From Podarcis filfolensis (Eukaryota), in NCBI GenBank assembly GCA_964270895.1, contig OZ185438.1: DNA of 64,000 bases; one strand, 5' to 3'. Positions within the stretch are counted from its first letter, which is position 1. Each line of letters opens with the position of its first letter. The notes beneath the pieces were generated by a model. That model was not told where the DNA came from. It did not search any database and saw only the letters and a list, made by a program, of their open reading frames with translations. The translations under genes and the position numbers were made by a program. Below are positions 48,491 to 62,397 of this stretch, in pieces.

Positions 48491-50062
48491 CATATTCGGA
48501 AGGAAGTGACTTCCAGTAAGTTACTTGCCCTTTTAAGAGTTGATTTGCTTTGTTCTACACTGAAAGGAGGAATTATCTGAATATAATTTGAAAGGATTTC
48601 CCAAAAAATTCCCCCTGTTGAATTCCATTCTAAGATACACTGAGCTCCTAGATTTTAATTTCATTCCATTCCCCTTACCTGCCACTATCATAAATTACAA
48701 TTCCCACATATTTCTGGGTTGTTGCCCTGCCGTGGAATTTATCATGTTCCTGACAGGCTTTGAAAGAGCAGAAGCTTCTGATATAGTTTTCCTGGGCACA
48801 GGGGAGGCTGGTCCATTAGGGTGAATCATGCACTGCTCCACTTGTCGGAATCACGGGGGGGGGGGGGGCTTGACAAGCCAGCTGGCTCAGCCCCAGCTGG
48901 AGCGTCTCCCTTCAGCCTTGCTGCTGCAGAGATCCCTTGACCTCAGCTCTGACATGATCAGTGACTCAAGCTTGCAGACTTGAGCACACTTTACGCAGCA
49001 GTGTAAACTGCGCAACAGAAGAGGCTTGAGGCTGTAGACACATGCTAAACTATGCATTTATTATACATAAATCAGGACAAAGAAAACAAGGCATCTCTCC
49101 TTGTCGTCTTCTCGGAGAGAGACTAAAAACAAAAGCTATACAGAGCAGAAGTTCCGCTCACGCCAGCAATCTGTGCTGGAATGTAAAAAGACATGTGACA
49201 CACAACTATCCCATGTCTGCAGCAAAGGGTGGAATGGAATCCCCAACACTACTAACTTCCATCTAAGCTCAGCCAGCCCCAGCCAGCCTAAGCTCAGTAA
49301 GTAAGCTCTTACTTACAGCCAGTCCATGGGATGTCTCAACCTTTAAAGATACCTCCTTTGTGTTGCTTCAGCAGGGAAGAGGGTGGGAGCAAACAAGAAT
49401 TAGCTGCCTCTACCTGTGGCTGGCTCTGGCCCAATAGGCACCAGCCACCACTGACCAGACATGTGCAAAAAACCTTTAGGTGGGCTTCGATATTAAACTC
49501 CCTTTCTTTAAGCCCTTGACCTAGCTCCCAATATGATAGCCGCCAGATGATGTCAATGCTACTTCTCCAACTTCTTAAAGAACTTGTTAACCCTCTAATG
49601 ATATCTATTGTGTGTGAACCTCAACATTTCTATATCCAAATCAATAAGTAACAGTTGAGAGCTGCAGCTTGTTTTGTCTGTTGGTTTAGGAGAAAGTTTT
49701 CTAAACTCAGCATCTTGAATACAAGGAGGGATTGTTTTTGGATGCTTGGCCTCTTATTTGCGCTTGACTCTTTCTTTTGGTAAAGAAAAGCGGCATTGCT
49801 TTTTCAATAATTTCTTTGTTGTTTTAACTTGAAAGAATGCAAGAGACAGATTAGGTCAATTTAAAAATGGGTCTTCTGCAGAGAATTAAACAGTTCTCTT
49901 TCAGTGGTGAGTGCCAAAAGTAATTTTCTGGCTATTGATCTCTTTCAAATGGAATTTCTTTGAGATTATTGCCCTTCTCCATTCCTGCCTCATCAGCTCT
50001 GCACAATGGGCCTCCCCAAGGATTGATATCTCAGAGTTGTTCAATGGATAAAAAGGCCGGTG

Positions 50063-50168
50063 TTGGACCTGAATGATCTGGACTCAGGTCCCGGGTCATC
50101 CATTAATTTGTGTCAGACATTACTCTTCAGCCTCAGTTCCCCAACTGTAAAATGGAATAATAACTGCT
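50063..50168 (+). mobile_element. Ancient MIR/CORE-SINE remnant
   Basis: cagcctcagttccccaactgtaaaatggaataata matches the MIR core as I recall it. Confidence 0.65.
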
Positions 50169-50658
50169 GGTAGATAAATGGGAATAATGAAGGGGCAGCA
50201 GCTTCTATGCATGCACAAAGGTGTCTATAAGTGCTTGCATTTCTGTACATGTAATGCTGGCAAAGAATGAGAAGGCAGATCAGTGTGACATCTCACACAG
50301 TACTTGTGCTGTGGTTATTGTAGCACTTTTGCCTGCCTCCTATTCATTGTGTAGGAAAAGGTATGGAGTAAATTGTGACTTGCTTTTGCTTTTATGCTGG
50401 CATAGCTTGTCTGAAAATCAGGTCATAAAAATTATCTGTAAACAGTATGGATCGATAACAGTTTCTCAGTTACTTCACTGCAGTTATGTTTGTCTTTGTA
50501 GACAGTGATCACTACTACAGAGAAGCTAGGAGAGAAAAGTGGACTGATAATCTTAAGTTGTGAACAATGCACTAGGAATAGTTGCACAACTGGGTGGCTT
50601 CCGTCCCCATTTTCATTCAATTCTCTGCTACACAGTGAATGTGTTCTGTAAACATATA

Positions 50659-50909
50659 CAGTCGTACCTTGGTTTTCGAGCAGCTTCAGCTCTTGAACAT
50701 TTTGACTCCCAAATGCCGCAAACCTGGAAGTGAGTGTTCTGGTTTGTGAACTATTTTTGGAAGCTGAACATCTGACGGGGCTTCCACAGCTTCCAATTGG
50801 CTGCAGGAGCTTCCTGCAGCCAATCAGAAGCCGCGCTTTGGTTTCCGAACATTTTGGAAGTCGAATGGACATCTGGAACAGATTCCGTTCAACTTCCGAG
50901 GTATGTCTG
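50659..50909. mobile_element. Tc1/mariner (Tigger-like) MITE, family D
   Basis: TIR cagtcgtaccttgg / ccgaggtatgtctg (11/14), TA at 50657-50658 and 50910-50911. Interior is unrelated to family A. Confidence 0.75.
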
Positions 50910-51224
50910 TAATGCTTTACATTACTAGTGCCATCCAATTTGTACCAGAGTGGGATACTGAATCAGGCCTGAGGAGTTGCTCCAGAAGTGGACAAATTGC
51001 CTTTCACCATAAGGTCATATGGAGGGTTATGTCAATACAACCATACAACTCAAAAAGTAAAGCAGTTTATGCAATTAAAAAGTCAAATAAAACCACCCAC
51101 CAACCTGTCAATCACCAGCACTCTACATGGGGCTGACCTTGAAGATGGTCCAGATATTGGAACCAGTGCTATAAGAATGCTGTTGGGCATATTTCTCCTA
51201 TTCCTACTTAATACTGTAACATGG

Positions 51225-51700
51225 GTTGCCAGTGTTCTGGGTCCAATTAAAGGTGCATACTTTGATGTTTAAAGCCTTAAAAAGTATGGGACCCAAATAT
51301 CTGCAAGAACACCTTCTTCCATATCAATCTGCTGATTCTTTTAGATCAGCAATGATGCCCTCTTAGTGGGTCCTATGCAGGATGAAGTAAGTACATACTT
51401 TTTGGCCCTGGGGAAGGACCTCTTCAGTGGTGACTCCTCACATGTGGAACTCCTTCCCTACTGAGGTATATCTGGCCACATCTCTTCGTAGTTTTATATG
51501 GCTAGATAAAACACACTATTCTTGGTAGGCATTTGGAGGAGATACCTGATTAGATAAAAGAACTAGATGTTCCCACTGCTGTTAGTCAACTGAGTTGCTA
51601 TGAGTTGTTGTGAATTTTAAGGTCTGTGGATTTTTGGAGTTTTTACAATATGATTTGACTTTGTTGTTAACTGCCCTGCAGCTTCTGCAAAGGGCTGCAT
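51225..51700 (+). mobile_element. Old L2 3' fragment
   Basis: caattaaaggtgcatactttgatgtttaaagcctta...gggacccaaatatctg...tggaactccttccct is colinear with the ends of the younger L2 copies. Confidence 0.65.
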
Positions 51701-52310
51701 ATGAATTATCAAAGTATATATATATAAATCAATGAAAGGAGGACATACAATGGCATTTTGATGCTAACAGCATTGTATGGACACTGATGCATTAGATACA
51801 CTAATCCCATAATAAGCACCCACTTGGAAGCATCCTTGCTGTAGACACGCCACTGATGGTAAAAGAGACTTTAAGTCTGTAAAGAAAGTCTATAGCTTGT
51901 GGATACTCACAAGCGTGGTAAAATATATGGATGGCTATTATTAAGAAAACTATGCAGCCATAGATTATGTCAGCTCCTTTAAACTACTTTATAGGCAAGC
52001 AGACTTTAGAGCTAACATATTTATGCAACTTGGTGTGGTATAAAACACTAAATTCTCCCAAGGGTTTTAACAAGGGAAGCTAGTCGTAGCTTAAAAACAT
52101 AGCTATAAAGACATTAAGTCATTAGTTGGAACAATTAATCAATTAGTACATTGATCACTGATCAAAGCAATGTTTGTAATGAATCAGGACAACCTCTGAG
52201 GCATTAAAGAAAAACAACTAAAGAGGTTCTCTCCATGTCCCATTGGTTGTGCTTTACTCCATGCTCAAAGGACTCTTCTCCTAAGAATGTTTTATGGTAT
52301 GTTTGCTAAC

Positions 52311-52355
52311 AGCGGAGTCTGTAACCTGAAATGTATGTAGCCTGAGGTACCACTG
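52311..52355. mobile_element. Solo right end of MITE family A
   Basis: agcggagtctgtaacctgaaatgtatgtagcctgaggtaccactg followed by TA. Confidence 0.8.
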
Positions 52356-55300
52356 TATCTCCATTACTTGTATCTTGCTCATGCCAACAAGCTGAGCTAA
52401 CGCTGGAGGAAAACTGCTTGCATGCTCATGGCACATGGATACAGCACACGGGTAGAAAAGCATTTCATTAGCATGCTGTATCAAAGCCAATGCAGGGAAG
52501 TGAATTTATGAAGTTGCCTTGTGAACCTCTTTCAAGCCCAACATTGTATACTCTGACTGGCAGCAGTTACCCAGGGTTTCAGGCGGGGTTCTCCCTCAGC
52601 CATTCCTGGAGATGCTAGGGATTGAATGGAAGCTAGCTTCTGCATACAAAGGAGATGCTCTACCACTAAGCTCCATCCTTTCCCTGAAACCCTTGCAAGT
52701 TTGTGCTTTCTCAGGGCTGGTTTAATGCAGTTGTTCATCTAGAATCACAAACCCAAGGATCATCTGCGGCTTCAGTACATAAATCTTAATTGGTTACAAG
52801 CCTTATTTTCTGTATCTCATTGTTTAGTGCCTGAAGCACAGCTGGAATAACCCACGATTGTGGTCAGGTCTAAAGCTTTTTTCTGCTCTCCTGGCGTTGG
52901 CAGCTACAGACTTCGTAGATTATGTAGATCCATTTTATGCTCATTATTTCAGACGATAGGAAGACAATAATATGGCCTCCGGCAAACCCTGTTTATATCT
53001 TCTTTCTGCCCACTGCTGAAGAAAACATCCTCCTGGGGAAAAGGACCCGTGCTGATGTTTATCTTCTATGTTTATTAAAAATAATCATTCTTTCGTTTCT
53101 TCCATTAATGAGTGACTGGGTTATTAAAGCTGGCGCTATCCAAAGAGTGCCCTCCCTTCCACCAGCGAGAGGAGATAAGCAAAGAGATCCATCTTTATGC
53201 CACAAGGATTTGCAATGAGAAGCCAGTGAAAGAAGTCCTCACAAATAGGCAGAAAAACAAGCCCTGCAATTTATAGGGCTTAGATGTCCAATTTTTTTGG
53301 GGGGGGTGCTTTGTATATATCCCTCCACCTTGCAGCTTATTGTCTTGCAGACATCATCCTTATCTTATATGGGATGATATTTCTTATACTTATTAACAGG
53401 TCTCACTAATTCCTCTTATGTAATATATAATTCTCTGTCCGTTATCCACCATGACATCATTGATTAATGAAATAGCTGCAGATAACTTAATTCTTACCTA
53501 CAGTGCACAGCTAGATATTGCAGTCCACTGCTCCCAGCAACCCTGAGACTGACCTTGGAGCAGAAGACAGCGGAATGGTGGGAGCTCTTGGGATTCCAGT
53601 AGACCTTCCTTTTTGTCCTGTCAGAGACTGGGACAATAATGGTATTCTGGGAATTGCTGTCCAAGTCTATGATGGCAAAATATGTTCTGCTCTGTTGGAT
53701 CAGAGCAAATTCATGCTTAGTCCAGCATCCTGTTTCTCACTAGCTCCCTATGGGAAGTCCACAAGTTGGACATGAGAGCAATAGTGTTGTCTTGCTGTTG
53801 TTTCCTAGTGACTGGTATTCAGACACTTGCTGCCTCTTGATGGTAGCATCTTGTGATAGACTTGCAGGAGGGGGGTCAGTCTGGATGATAACTGTGAGCA
53901 CCTTCCATGCCTATGATCTGTATCCAATGAGATTTAGAAGAGGCCACTGAACTTGTAAGACAAGTTTCTTTGTAAGATAATGGCCTTAGCTGGCCAATTA
54001 TGTACTGTCATTTACATGTCCAAAGAGTCTGCTCTATTGCCACAGATACAAGTGAGTGGGCCTTTTCTCACTTCAGCTGCCTGGATCCATGTCATCCTAG
54101 GATGGAAAATAACAGGCCATATAGGGCTGTATGTAGATGAGTTTTGGCTGATCCTGGAAGCTGGAGAGAGAAAGGCATGTCTTGATCTGTGCTTGACCCA
54201 AAATTGTGACTTGAGATGTCCCTAGAAGCCTAATGAGAAAGCAAGATCTGTTGATCTGTTGGAGTTTTAATGCTGTGAGCCCCTTCATCCTTCACTCAAG
54301 TTCTAGTTATGTGTAAATAAAACCATATACCCTAAAAACACCACAGCCTCCATTGACCTTCCATCCAAGGAAACTGAATTCTGGATGGGTACAGGCATCC
54401 CTGAAGGCTCTCACTGGTCAGGTATTGGGATGTGCAATCCACTCTATCACCCATCAATTCTGCTTCCCTTTCCCCTGTCTTAAGTTTTGGGTTTCGGGGA
54501 ATGCTCACAAAAACTTGATCATATTCAGGGTGAGTTGTGGGATGCTTGTGCAATCTCTGTTTCTAAGTTTAATCAGAAAGCAAAGAAAGCATGCAGACTG
54601 AGACAGCAAGGCGAGTATTTGGCTGTTTAGCAAGAAGGGATTTCAAATTCATGAACAGCTTGCTATTGTAGACAGCCACAGGTGTATAATAGTGGACAGT
54701 AATATAAAGGCCTCTTGTTGGTGTTGTTTAGAAAGGATACAAAGGTTTTCATTTTCTTCCATCACAATGATGCTGAATTGGAAACTGTACTTTCATTCCT
54801 GCAGTCTGATGCTATTTCCATGGAAATAATTATGCTGCTATCAGTAATGCAATCTGACAATCAATTCTCTGTTGGATTTAGTTGAGGAACTATCTAAGAA
54901 ATAGATTTATATGAGATAAGGCCTCTAGCTTAAACTGTTTAGAATCCACAGTCCCATAAAGTGTTGGGAGGCCAAGGGGTGATATAGTTGCTGAGATTTG
55001 GATTTGGAACTGTTTTAGTTCAGATGTCAATTATATTTAATAATTAGGGTAGCAAAGAAAACCTTTAAAAGGTTCTGAAAGCAATGCATTAAAGCAGATG
55101 CGAGTGTGTTAAGAAATCATATTTGATACAGATTGGGCTTATTGAAAGATGCAGATTTATGGAAAGCCGTAATCATGTTGCAATTAAGATTAGAACTGAA
55201 AATGGATTTCCCTTCTTTGTAACTTGCACGACTGGCAATAGCTAACAACCCCCTATGGAGATGCAGACATTAACATGCAAATGATCTCCATTCTGACCAA

Positions 55301-56149
55301 GGTATTTGCTAGGGGAAAGTTGACATATATGCAGATTTCAAAGGAGCTTTTGAAATAAGGAAGGTAAGGGCAGGAAGAGAAAAGAGAGAGATAGGAGGGA
55401 GAATGCAGGTGTGGGGGAAAATCTGTTTACACACATAAAAAGAAAGAGTCAATATAACATAAACGTGGAAGACCCAATTATTGTGTCAGGGTTGAAAAGG
55501 TGGCAGTGATGCTGGATTTGGACAAACCACCATTGTCAATATGCAAAAGAAAAGTCTTCAGGGCTAGAAAGTTGAAGTAAATGGTTCACAATTGTGCCAA
55601 AGACTCATGTTAGTGTCTCAGCAAAAGAGAAAATGAGAGCCCATATAACCTATTGGCTTTCTTCTGCTAGGCAGCCATGTCAATTGGATGTAAGTAATAA
55701 TTGCTTTTCTTGAAGGCTATTCAAGTAATTACAGTCTTTTTCTGGCCTGTAACCTCTCTGCTTTCATTCTAGATGTGGAAGGATAGACTATAGCTTCTCC
55801 CTCATAAGGTAAATGCTCTCAGTACATGCTTAGAGGTACTTGCTGTCATTTCACATACTCATCTAGTATATCATGGTTAATTTCCCCTGCCATTCTTTTA
55901 CTTTAATTTCCTATATGTGTCAATGCTAAAATAACAATAATAACCCATTATATAACCCAATAGCAATAATAACCCACAATAACCCATAGCATTATGATCA
56001 TTATGATTATTGTTTAATTTGAAATCAATCAATCAATCAATCCAACCATTGTAACAGAATTTCTAGTTTTGAGAGATTTGATAGTAATTGTTGCTTATCC
56101 TTACACTAATGTGCTGGTTATGGCTGAGTCCATATCTAATGAAATAATA

Positions 56150-56510
56150 TATTTTTGTATGCTACTACAGTGGCCCATGTTTTCCAAAATTGGAAAACGA
56201 GCGAGGTCCCAACCAAGGAAGAATGGCAACTTAAGTTGACAGAAAATGCACAACTTTGCAGACTTAACATATAGAATAAGTGAACAGGAAGAACATATGT
56301 TTAAAGAAGATTGGAAAACTTTTATTGAATATATGGGAAATAATTGTGTACAGCTGAAAATGCTGGCAGCATTAAGATAAATTCAACAGCGTAAATAAGT
56401 TTTGATGGATGCAATAATGGAATACTGAATTGTATAGTTTTTGTCAAATATGCAGGGATTTATGATATATAAATGAACCATGGAAAGAGAAGAAGGGAAG
56501 TCCTTGTAAA

Positions 56511-56560
<50 letters not shown>

Positions 56561-56565
56561 ATAAT
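56150..56565 (+). mobile_element. L1-clade LINE 3' end with a (TA)n microsatellite in its tail
   Basis: FLYATTVAHVFQNWKTSEVPTKEEWQLKLTENAQL / ADLTYRISEQEEHMFKEDWKTFIEYMGNNCVQLKMLAALR* (one frameshift near 56257, stop at 56378-56380) resembles a reptile L1 ORF2 C-terminus. (TA)n at about 56515-56556. Confidence 0.75.
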
Positions 56566-57044
56566 ATTGTTGCATTCTCTTTTACCTCAATAGGGGAAAA
56601 TGTTTACAGGATCATTTTCCTTTGAAAAATGGAGCAGGAAGCACTAAAAGGCACGACTTCCCCCACTTTTCTTCTTTTTTAAAGGTGCATAGTCTTACTC
56701 ACCCTGAAGGAGGTGGTTATGAGAGAACTCCCAATGAGGCATTCCCTGTGCCCACCAGAAGTCCCCCCCCCCCATCAGCTTGTCGTACCTCTTTCCTTTT
56801 TGTGAAATGGAGTTTGAGAAGATGGTGGTCACCCAACTTCAGGGTCACACAATCTGGATGGCACAGATTTTCCAGACTCATTTCAACCAGGCTTCCATCC
56901 CAGTTTTGGTATTGAAACCATTTTGATTACCTAAAGAATCTTTGCAGACAAACCAACAGGGATGATGGCACTCTGATACTTTTCTTGTTCCTATTGGTGG
57001 CGATGATTAATAATACTAACCATGGTATTCTTTTGCTTCAAATG

Positions 57045-57228
57045 ACCAGAATGGGAGGAACTCCATTATATACCTGTATATATGCATTTTTGTGCATATT
57101 ACTTGACACTGCAAAATTCAGGGAAGTGCAAATTTCAAAGGATGGCTGTATTTTGGTTCACATCTTGTTTAGGAAGTTGTGGGTTAGGTACGTCTGCCTT
57201 TAAATGTGAACTGAACTGTATTTCGCCC
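57045..57228. mobile_element. MITE family C fragment
   Basis: gcaaaattcagggaagtgcaaatttcaaaggatggctgt...cctttaaatgtgaactgaa is shared with 11456-11590 and 58630-58906. Confidence 0.65.
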
Positions 57229-58629
57229 ACATGCCTGGCTTTGCATGGAGAAGGTCCCAGGTCCAATCCCTAGCATCATCATTATGGCTGGGAGAGAACC
57301 CTGCCTGCAATCCTGGAGAGCCACTGTCAATCAGACAATATTGTGTTCAATGGACCAACCACTCCCATCATTCTGCAAGCAGATTGGGCTCTAAAAGAAC
57401 ACTCCAAATGGCTGATTATCCAAACATACCAAGATGCTCTACTGAAATGACTGTCCATTAAATAGGACCCACTGTCTCTAATAAATGACCCAGCAAAGCG
57501 AAGGAAAAAGAGATTTAGAGAAAGAGAGGGAGGACAGAAATCTGGGTGTGCAGTTCCATTGCTTGTCTCAGATCAGTGTTGCAGACTGAGAAACATCAGA
57601 GGAGATGCCAGGATGCAATGATACAAGAGACTAATCTCAGGGTAAATACACTAACATATTTGTCACTGGATTACTTTGTGTTTGTTTCCCACAAGGTGAA
57701 GGTAATAGCTGGGTGAAAATAGATGTAATTTTGTATCAATGACCTTTCATAGAAGTTTTTTTTTTTCTCCGCTCAGGTTTGGCCAGACAGCTTTATTTAA
57801 TGACTTTTTAGTCTTGAGATGCCCTTGGCAAGTTCACTGCAGCTTGCTCTCTGGAAAATACAGTTGAGCTATAAAGAGGAACAAGAGAGGGTAAGAGACG
57901 GGAATGAAAACCACCTGATCTTGGGCAAGCAGTGAAGTGCATAGGGCAAACGAACCTTCACAGGCACTTTGATGCGGAGATCTGATTGTGGGAACAGTAT
58001 TGGAGCTAACAAAATCTAATCACATTATTCTACTGCTCATTCATTCAAAATTTGTATTAATGTACAAAGCAACATTAAACAAATAAAAATACCATAGTTG
58101 TCAGTTTTATAAGCAATCGAGTTAATGGAGAGAAAGATGTAATGGATGGACTCCCATTGGCTCAACTTGGAATCTGCTGGGTATTTATGAGTCTTCTCAG
58201 CAAGAGTTCAGAAAAAGCTCGCCTGTTTTCTGAGTGTTTTAAGTTGACTGCCACAAAGTCTGCTTCCATTGGACCATTCAAGTTATAGCTATCTATTCAG
58301 TTATAATGAGGACTGGCCCTATTGTTAGGCAGTGTGAGGCAGCTGCCCCTGAAGGTAAAGGCAGAGGGGCATGGATTGGTGGCAAAGCATTTGAGGGCAC
58401 AGGTGCATGTGGTATCCCCTAAGCTAGCTTGCTGCTCTCAAGTGTGGTGGGGCACCACTATATTGTTAACATGGAAATAAGATTCAGTTGACAATCTGGT
58501 CAGCTACTGTACATGGAATGAAATTTGAAAATTTTTGCCTTAGTAAGCATAAAGTCTTGGACATGCTCTGGTTATAACTTGGGTCTTTGCTTTGTCAAAA
58601 ACAAAGCAAAACAAAATCCAAGTCCTCAT

Positions 58630-58906
58630 GAAAATTTGTCAGAGTTTTAGTGCAAATTTCTCCTAATAATTCTGCAAAGGGATGTTGCCTAATATCATAC
58701 ATTTTTGCAGACTGTTTTCAAAGCAGATGTGGTTTTATGCACATTTTAACATATGCATTTTTTATACATTACTTGGCTGGAGATCTGCCTTGCAAAATTC
58801 AGAGGTGTGAATGTCAAGGGATGGCTGTGTTTCTGTATTGGTTTGTGTGGATTAGGTAGGTTCACCTTTAAATGTGAATTGAATCAAATTGCTCTTGCAA
58901 CCCTAT
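58630..58906. mobile_element. MITE family C fragment
   Basis: gcatttttatacattacttggctggagatctgccttgcaaaattcagagg...cctttaaatgtgaattgaatc...aacccta. Confidence 0.65.
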
Positions 58907-61409
58907 CTGCGTCCTAAGCATAACCAACGCCCATATGAAAAGAACATATATATGTTTGATCTAGAAAATCTAGTCTCAATTCCACCATTCAAAAGTGCAG
59001 TTATAATTTAGATCCCTTCCCCGTGGGAACAGAGAAGTTCAACACCAAACATGTTGCTGCTGTTTTAACCAGCAAGCCACTTTGTCTTTTCTTTTCTTTT
59101 TTTTCCAGTCTGCTGGTGCTCGTAAGCCTTTGATGAAACTTCTAGGAAAGTGCTCAGTGATTCCAAGCAACACACTACATTTTCCAACTACAGGTTACAG
59201 CCTAGAGAAAGTTACAAGGCTGGAAGTGACCCCTTACAAATGGGAAATAGCACCCAGCCTGAATTCCAGATAATAGTGTGGGGGGCTGTTTGTAACTGTG
59301 TGATTGACTCACATGCTTGCAATTCTGAGTCGGGATGAGCTTTGGGAAGTTTGGGACTGTTTGAGACAAAGCTTTCTGGCATCTCTCAAGTTCAGAAAGC
59401 TGTAAAAACTGCCAGATAGGTTCTTTTATTTTCCAGTCTGTGATATTGCTGAGACATTAGAACATAGGTATAGATGCTAACAGTGGTGTTGAATCACAAA
59501 TATATCTGCTACATGGGTCTAAATAGTACATTTGGAGCCTAACTCGCCAACTAAAGTATCCATCCAATTGATTTAAAGTGGAAAGAGTCTGTCACTTTCC
59601 ACCTTTTTCTCATATCTTGCTCAGCAGTAGGTATCTGCTCAGGATCCCAATCTTCAGAACATTCTCATCCTCCTCTTGCACAGGAGGACAGGGCTTAGAG
59701 TTGTTCTTGGTCTCTGGCCTCAGTAGTGGAGGACTTTGGACTTTAAATGTGCAGCAGTGCCCTGTGCAATGCCCAAATTTGGTGTCTCCCACCTCTCACC
59801 TTCCAGTGTTTGTTATTGTTGTGGCATCCGCTGTGGTGCCCTCTTGGCTCAGCGCCCAGTGCAGGCGAATCAGTTATGCTCCCCTAAATTCACCTCTGAT
59901 CTCAGACCAAAGAGTCCTAGCTCATCATAGGACAGCCTCTCCTTTCCCATTTCCTCCCTCACAAACACGTGAACTGATGTCACACATTTCCTTGGAAATG
60001 TTGCTCAGTTCAGTGCTGCATCCACTGTCCTCCTCTCTCCCTCTTTCTCTGAATTTCCAACTCTACCCTCCAGAAGTACACCTGGGCTTGATTTAAAATA
60101 GCTGTCATGGGTGGGGTAAGAGATACATCGGTTGCTTTGGCTATATTTGTCTGAAGAAGCAGGCACATGGCCCCCCAGAAGCTTGCACATCAGGGAATGG
60201 GGACCTCAGCCTAAAAAGATCCCTTTCGTCTGAACTTCAGGGGAGAGGGAAGAGGAAATAATTTGGACCAAATATGGCAGTGAGATGTACAGAAACACAT
60301 TACTCTGCATTTTACATTTTGTTATTGTTGTTCCTGGTCATAGTTTCAACATCACCAAGTGGTGGGCCTTGTAGAAAGGTCTGGAGATCAGTACACAATG
60401 ATGTGTGGAGTGGATTTAGTATATTAGCTGGAACAGATTGATAAACAGAATTCACTTTGCAAAGGTGCACTCTTTTACAGGAAGGTCGTGAGGAGAACTG
60501 GTTGCTTTTAACTCAAAATATAGTCTATTCAGTGCCTCAGTCTTAGATTCAACCAAAGTTCTTGGGCTACTTTACGTTCAGGCTCTGCCTAAATGATCAG
60601 AAACCTCTTTAACTTTAAAAGGGGTCATGATAGCCAAGGAAATGGTTCCTTACAGAGAAATGGCATTTCAGATAGTGTCAATATGAGGAAAGAAAACTCA
60701 TTCACTTTATGCTCAATTTAACCTTGGAACTAATGAGGAACTGTAAGGAAGCTTATAAACAAGAGGCCTTGGAGCTTTGTAAATACAGAAATGGTAGACA
60801 CAAAATCTCAGGACTCAAAAGCAAGCTACAGGCAGAGGCCATCTGAACTAGCAAGATGTGGAGATGGGGAATCTTGATGGGGCACACATATAATACATTC
60901 TAAACTCCATTTGCAAAGCAATCATAGCTAGTGGGCTTGAGTGTAGAGGAAACTCAATGAGAGAGAGCTGCAAAGCGGGCATCATCAGAAACAGCTTAGC
61001 AACTCTTGGAAGGAGGCAAATGGGTCATAGAGTGTTCTAGGAAATAGGCAAGGAATTAGCAGGATGGGGCTCAGCAGGGCTTATTTTGAAGTGGGGCTTA
61101 ACAGCAGTTCTTATTTTCAATTCTTTGATACTGGATCATGCAATTTGATAAAGGACCTGTAACATAATAATGGAAATGATGCCTCTGAGAGTCCTCCTGC
61201 CACCAATTCAAACGCATAGCCAAAGGATATGGATTTCAGGCAGTTAGTTGTTTTGAGCAACCATGAGATGACTTCAGTCTCAACTGGTCCACATCAAAAC
61301 AGAAACCTAGCATTTCCATGATCTACAAAGTGTTCTAACTTTACAAAATATTCACTGGATCCCGAGAGTTCTTATTCAAAGCACACTCAGACAGCTTCTT
61401 TTAGTAGTA

Positions 61410-61651
61410 CAGTGGTACCTCGGGTTAAGTACTTAATTCATTCCGGAGGTCCGTTCTTAACCTGAAGCTGTTCTTAACCTGAAGCACCACTATAGCTAAC
61501 GGGGCCTCCTGCTGCTGCCGCGCCGCCGGAGCCCGATTTCTGTTCTTATCCTGAAGCAAAGTTCTTAACCTGAAGCACTATTTCTGGGTTAGCGGAGTGT
61601 GTAACCTGAAGCATATGTAACCTGAAGCATATGTAACCCAAGTTACCACTG
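61410..61651. mobile_element. Tc1/mariner-type MITE, family A copy 4
   Basis: Termini cagtggtacctcgggtta / taacccaagttaccactg, TA at 61408-61409 and 61652-61653. Confidence 0.92.
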
Positions 61652-62330
61652 TAAAGGCATAATTATAAGTGCTTTACAAGATAACATCAAGGTCAACCTA
61701 GTTTCAGCCTTCTATTCAAGAAACTCAACAAGCAGAATGCAGGAGGCTAGTACTGGTGGCAGCAACTAGTTTTACTTACTCAGCTTTCTTCTTGGATAAG
61801 ATTTAGGAGGACAGACTGAGGGCACAGGAGCATAGCACATGTGTATGCAACTGCTCTCCATGATGCTGTTGAGGCTGAGTGAATTTCAAGTGCATGCACC
61901 CTGAGGATGGTTGAATATATCTTATTCTCCTACATACCCTTGCCCTATCCTGGGGAGAGAGAACCGGAGGTCCTCCAGATGCAGCTGAACTCCAATGACC
62001 ATCAACCTCAGCCAGCATGGCTAATAGTCAATGGTGATGGGAACGGTAGTCCAGCAATGCTTGCAGGTTCCCCACTCTTACTCTATTCAAAGGTGACTAA
62101 ACTGCATTGGGGCAGGTGAAGACAGAAGCTGAAGTACTAATGGGGTACTCAGTGTCTGCAAGATCATCTATTCCCACCAAGGGCTAGGACTCACTACAAG
62201 TTGCAGAAGCCCCAGGTCAATTGTGTAATACCAGTTTCCTATCATTTGGGGGGCAACCATTTTGTTTTCTCCACAGCACCTCAGTGAGATGAAATGTCAA
62301 TGGCCTTTTGAAAACAACCAAAAAATAAAT

Positions 62331-62397
62331 TAGGGTTGCCAGTGTCTGGGCAGAAAACACTGAAATGTCAGGGAAAATCCAGCTGCGTGGCAACCCA
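62331..62397. mobile_element. Possible miniature element with tagggttgcca termini
   Basis: tagggttgcca / tggcaaccca inverted ends. No TSD found. Confidence 0.35.

Noticed and set aside
54050-54420. Possible second LTR (aataaaaccatatac...acaccacagcc)
   Set aside because: I could not find TG...CA termini or a TSD.
55941-55985. Four TAACCC words as an interstitial telomere
   Set aside because: The words are separated by irregular AT-rich spacers and do not form a (TTAGGG)n array, so this is low-complexity sequence.
57695-57700. 6-nt microexon (cacaag|GTGAAG|gtaata)
   Set aside because: The donor is weak, there is no upstream UGC enhancer motif, and there is no host gene context.
59578-60096. 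172-aa ORF
   Set aside because: It has a GTG start, a Ser/Pro/Leu-rich composition typical of pyrimidine-rich DNA, no motif, and no convincing splice signals.
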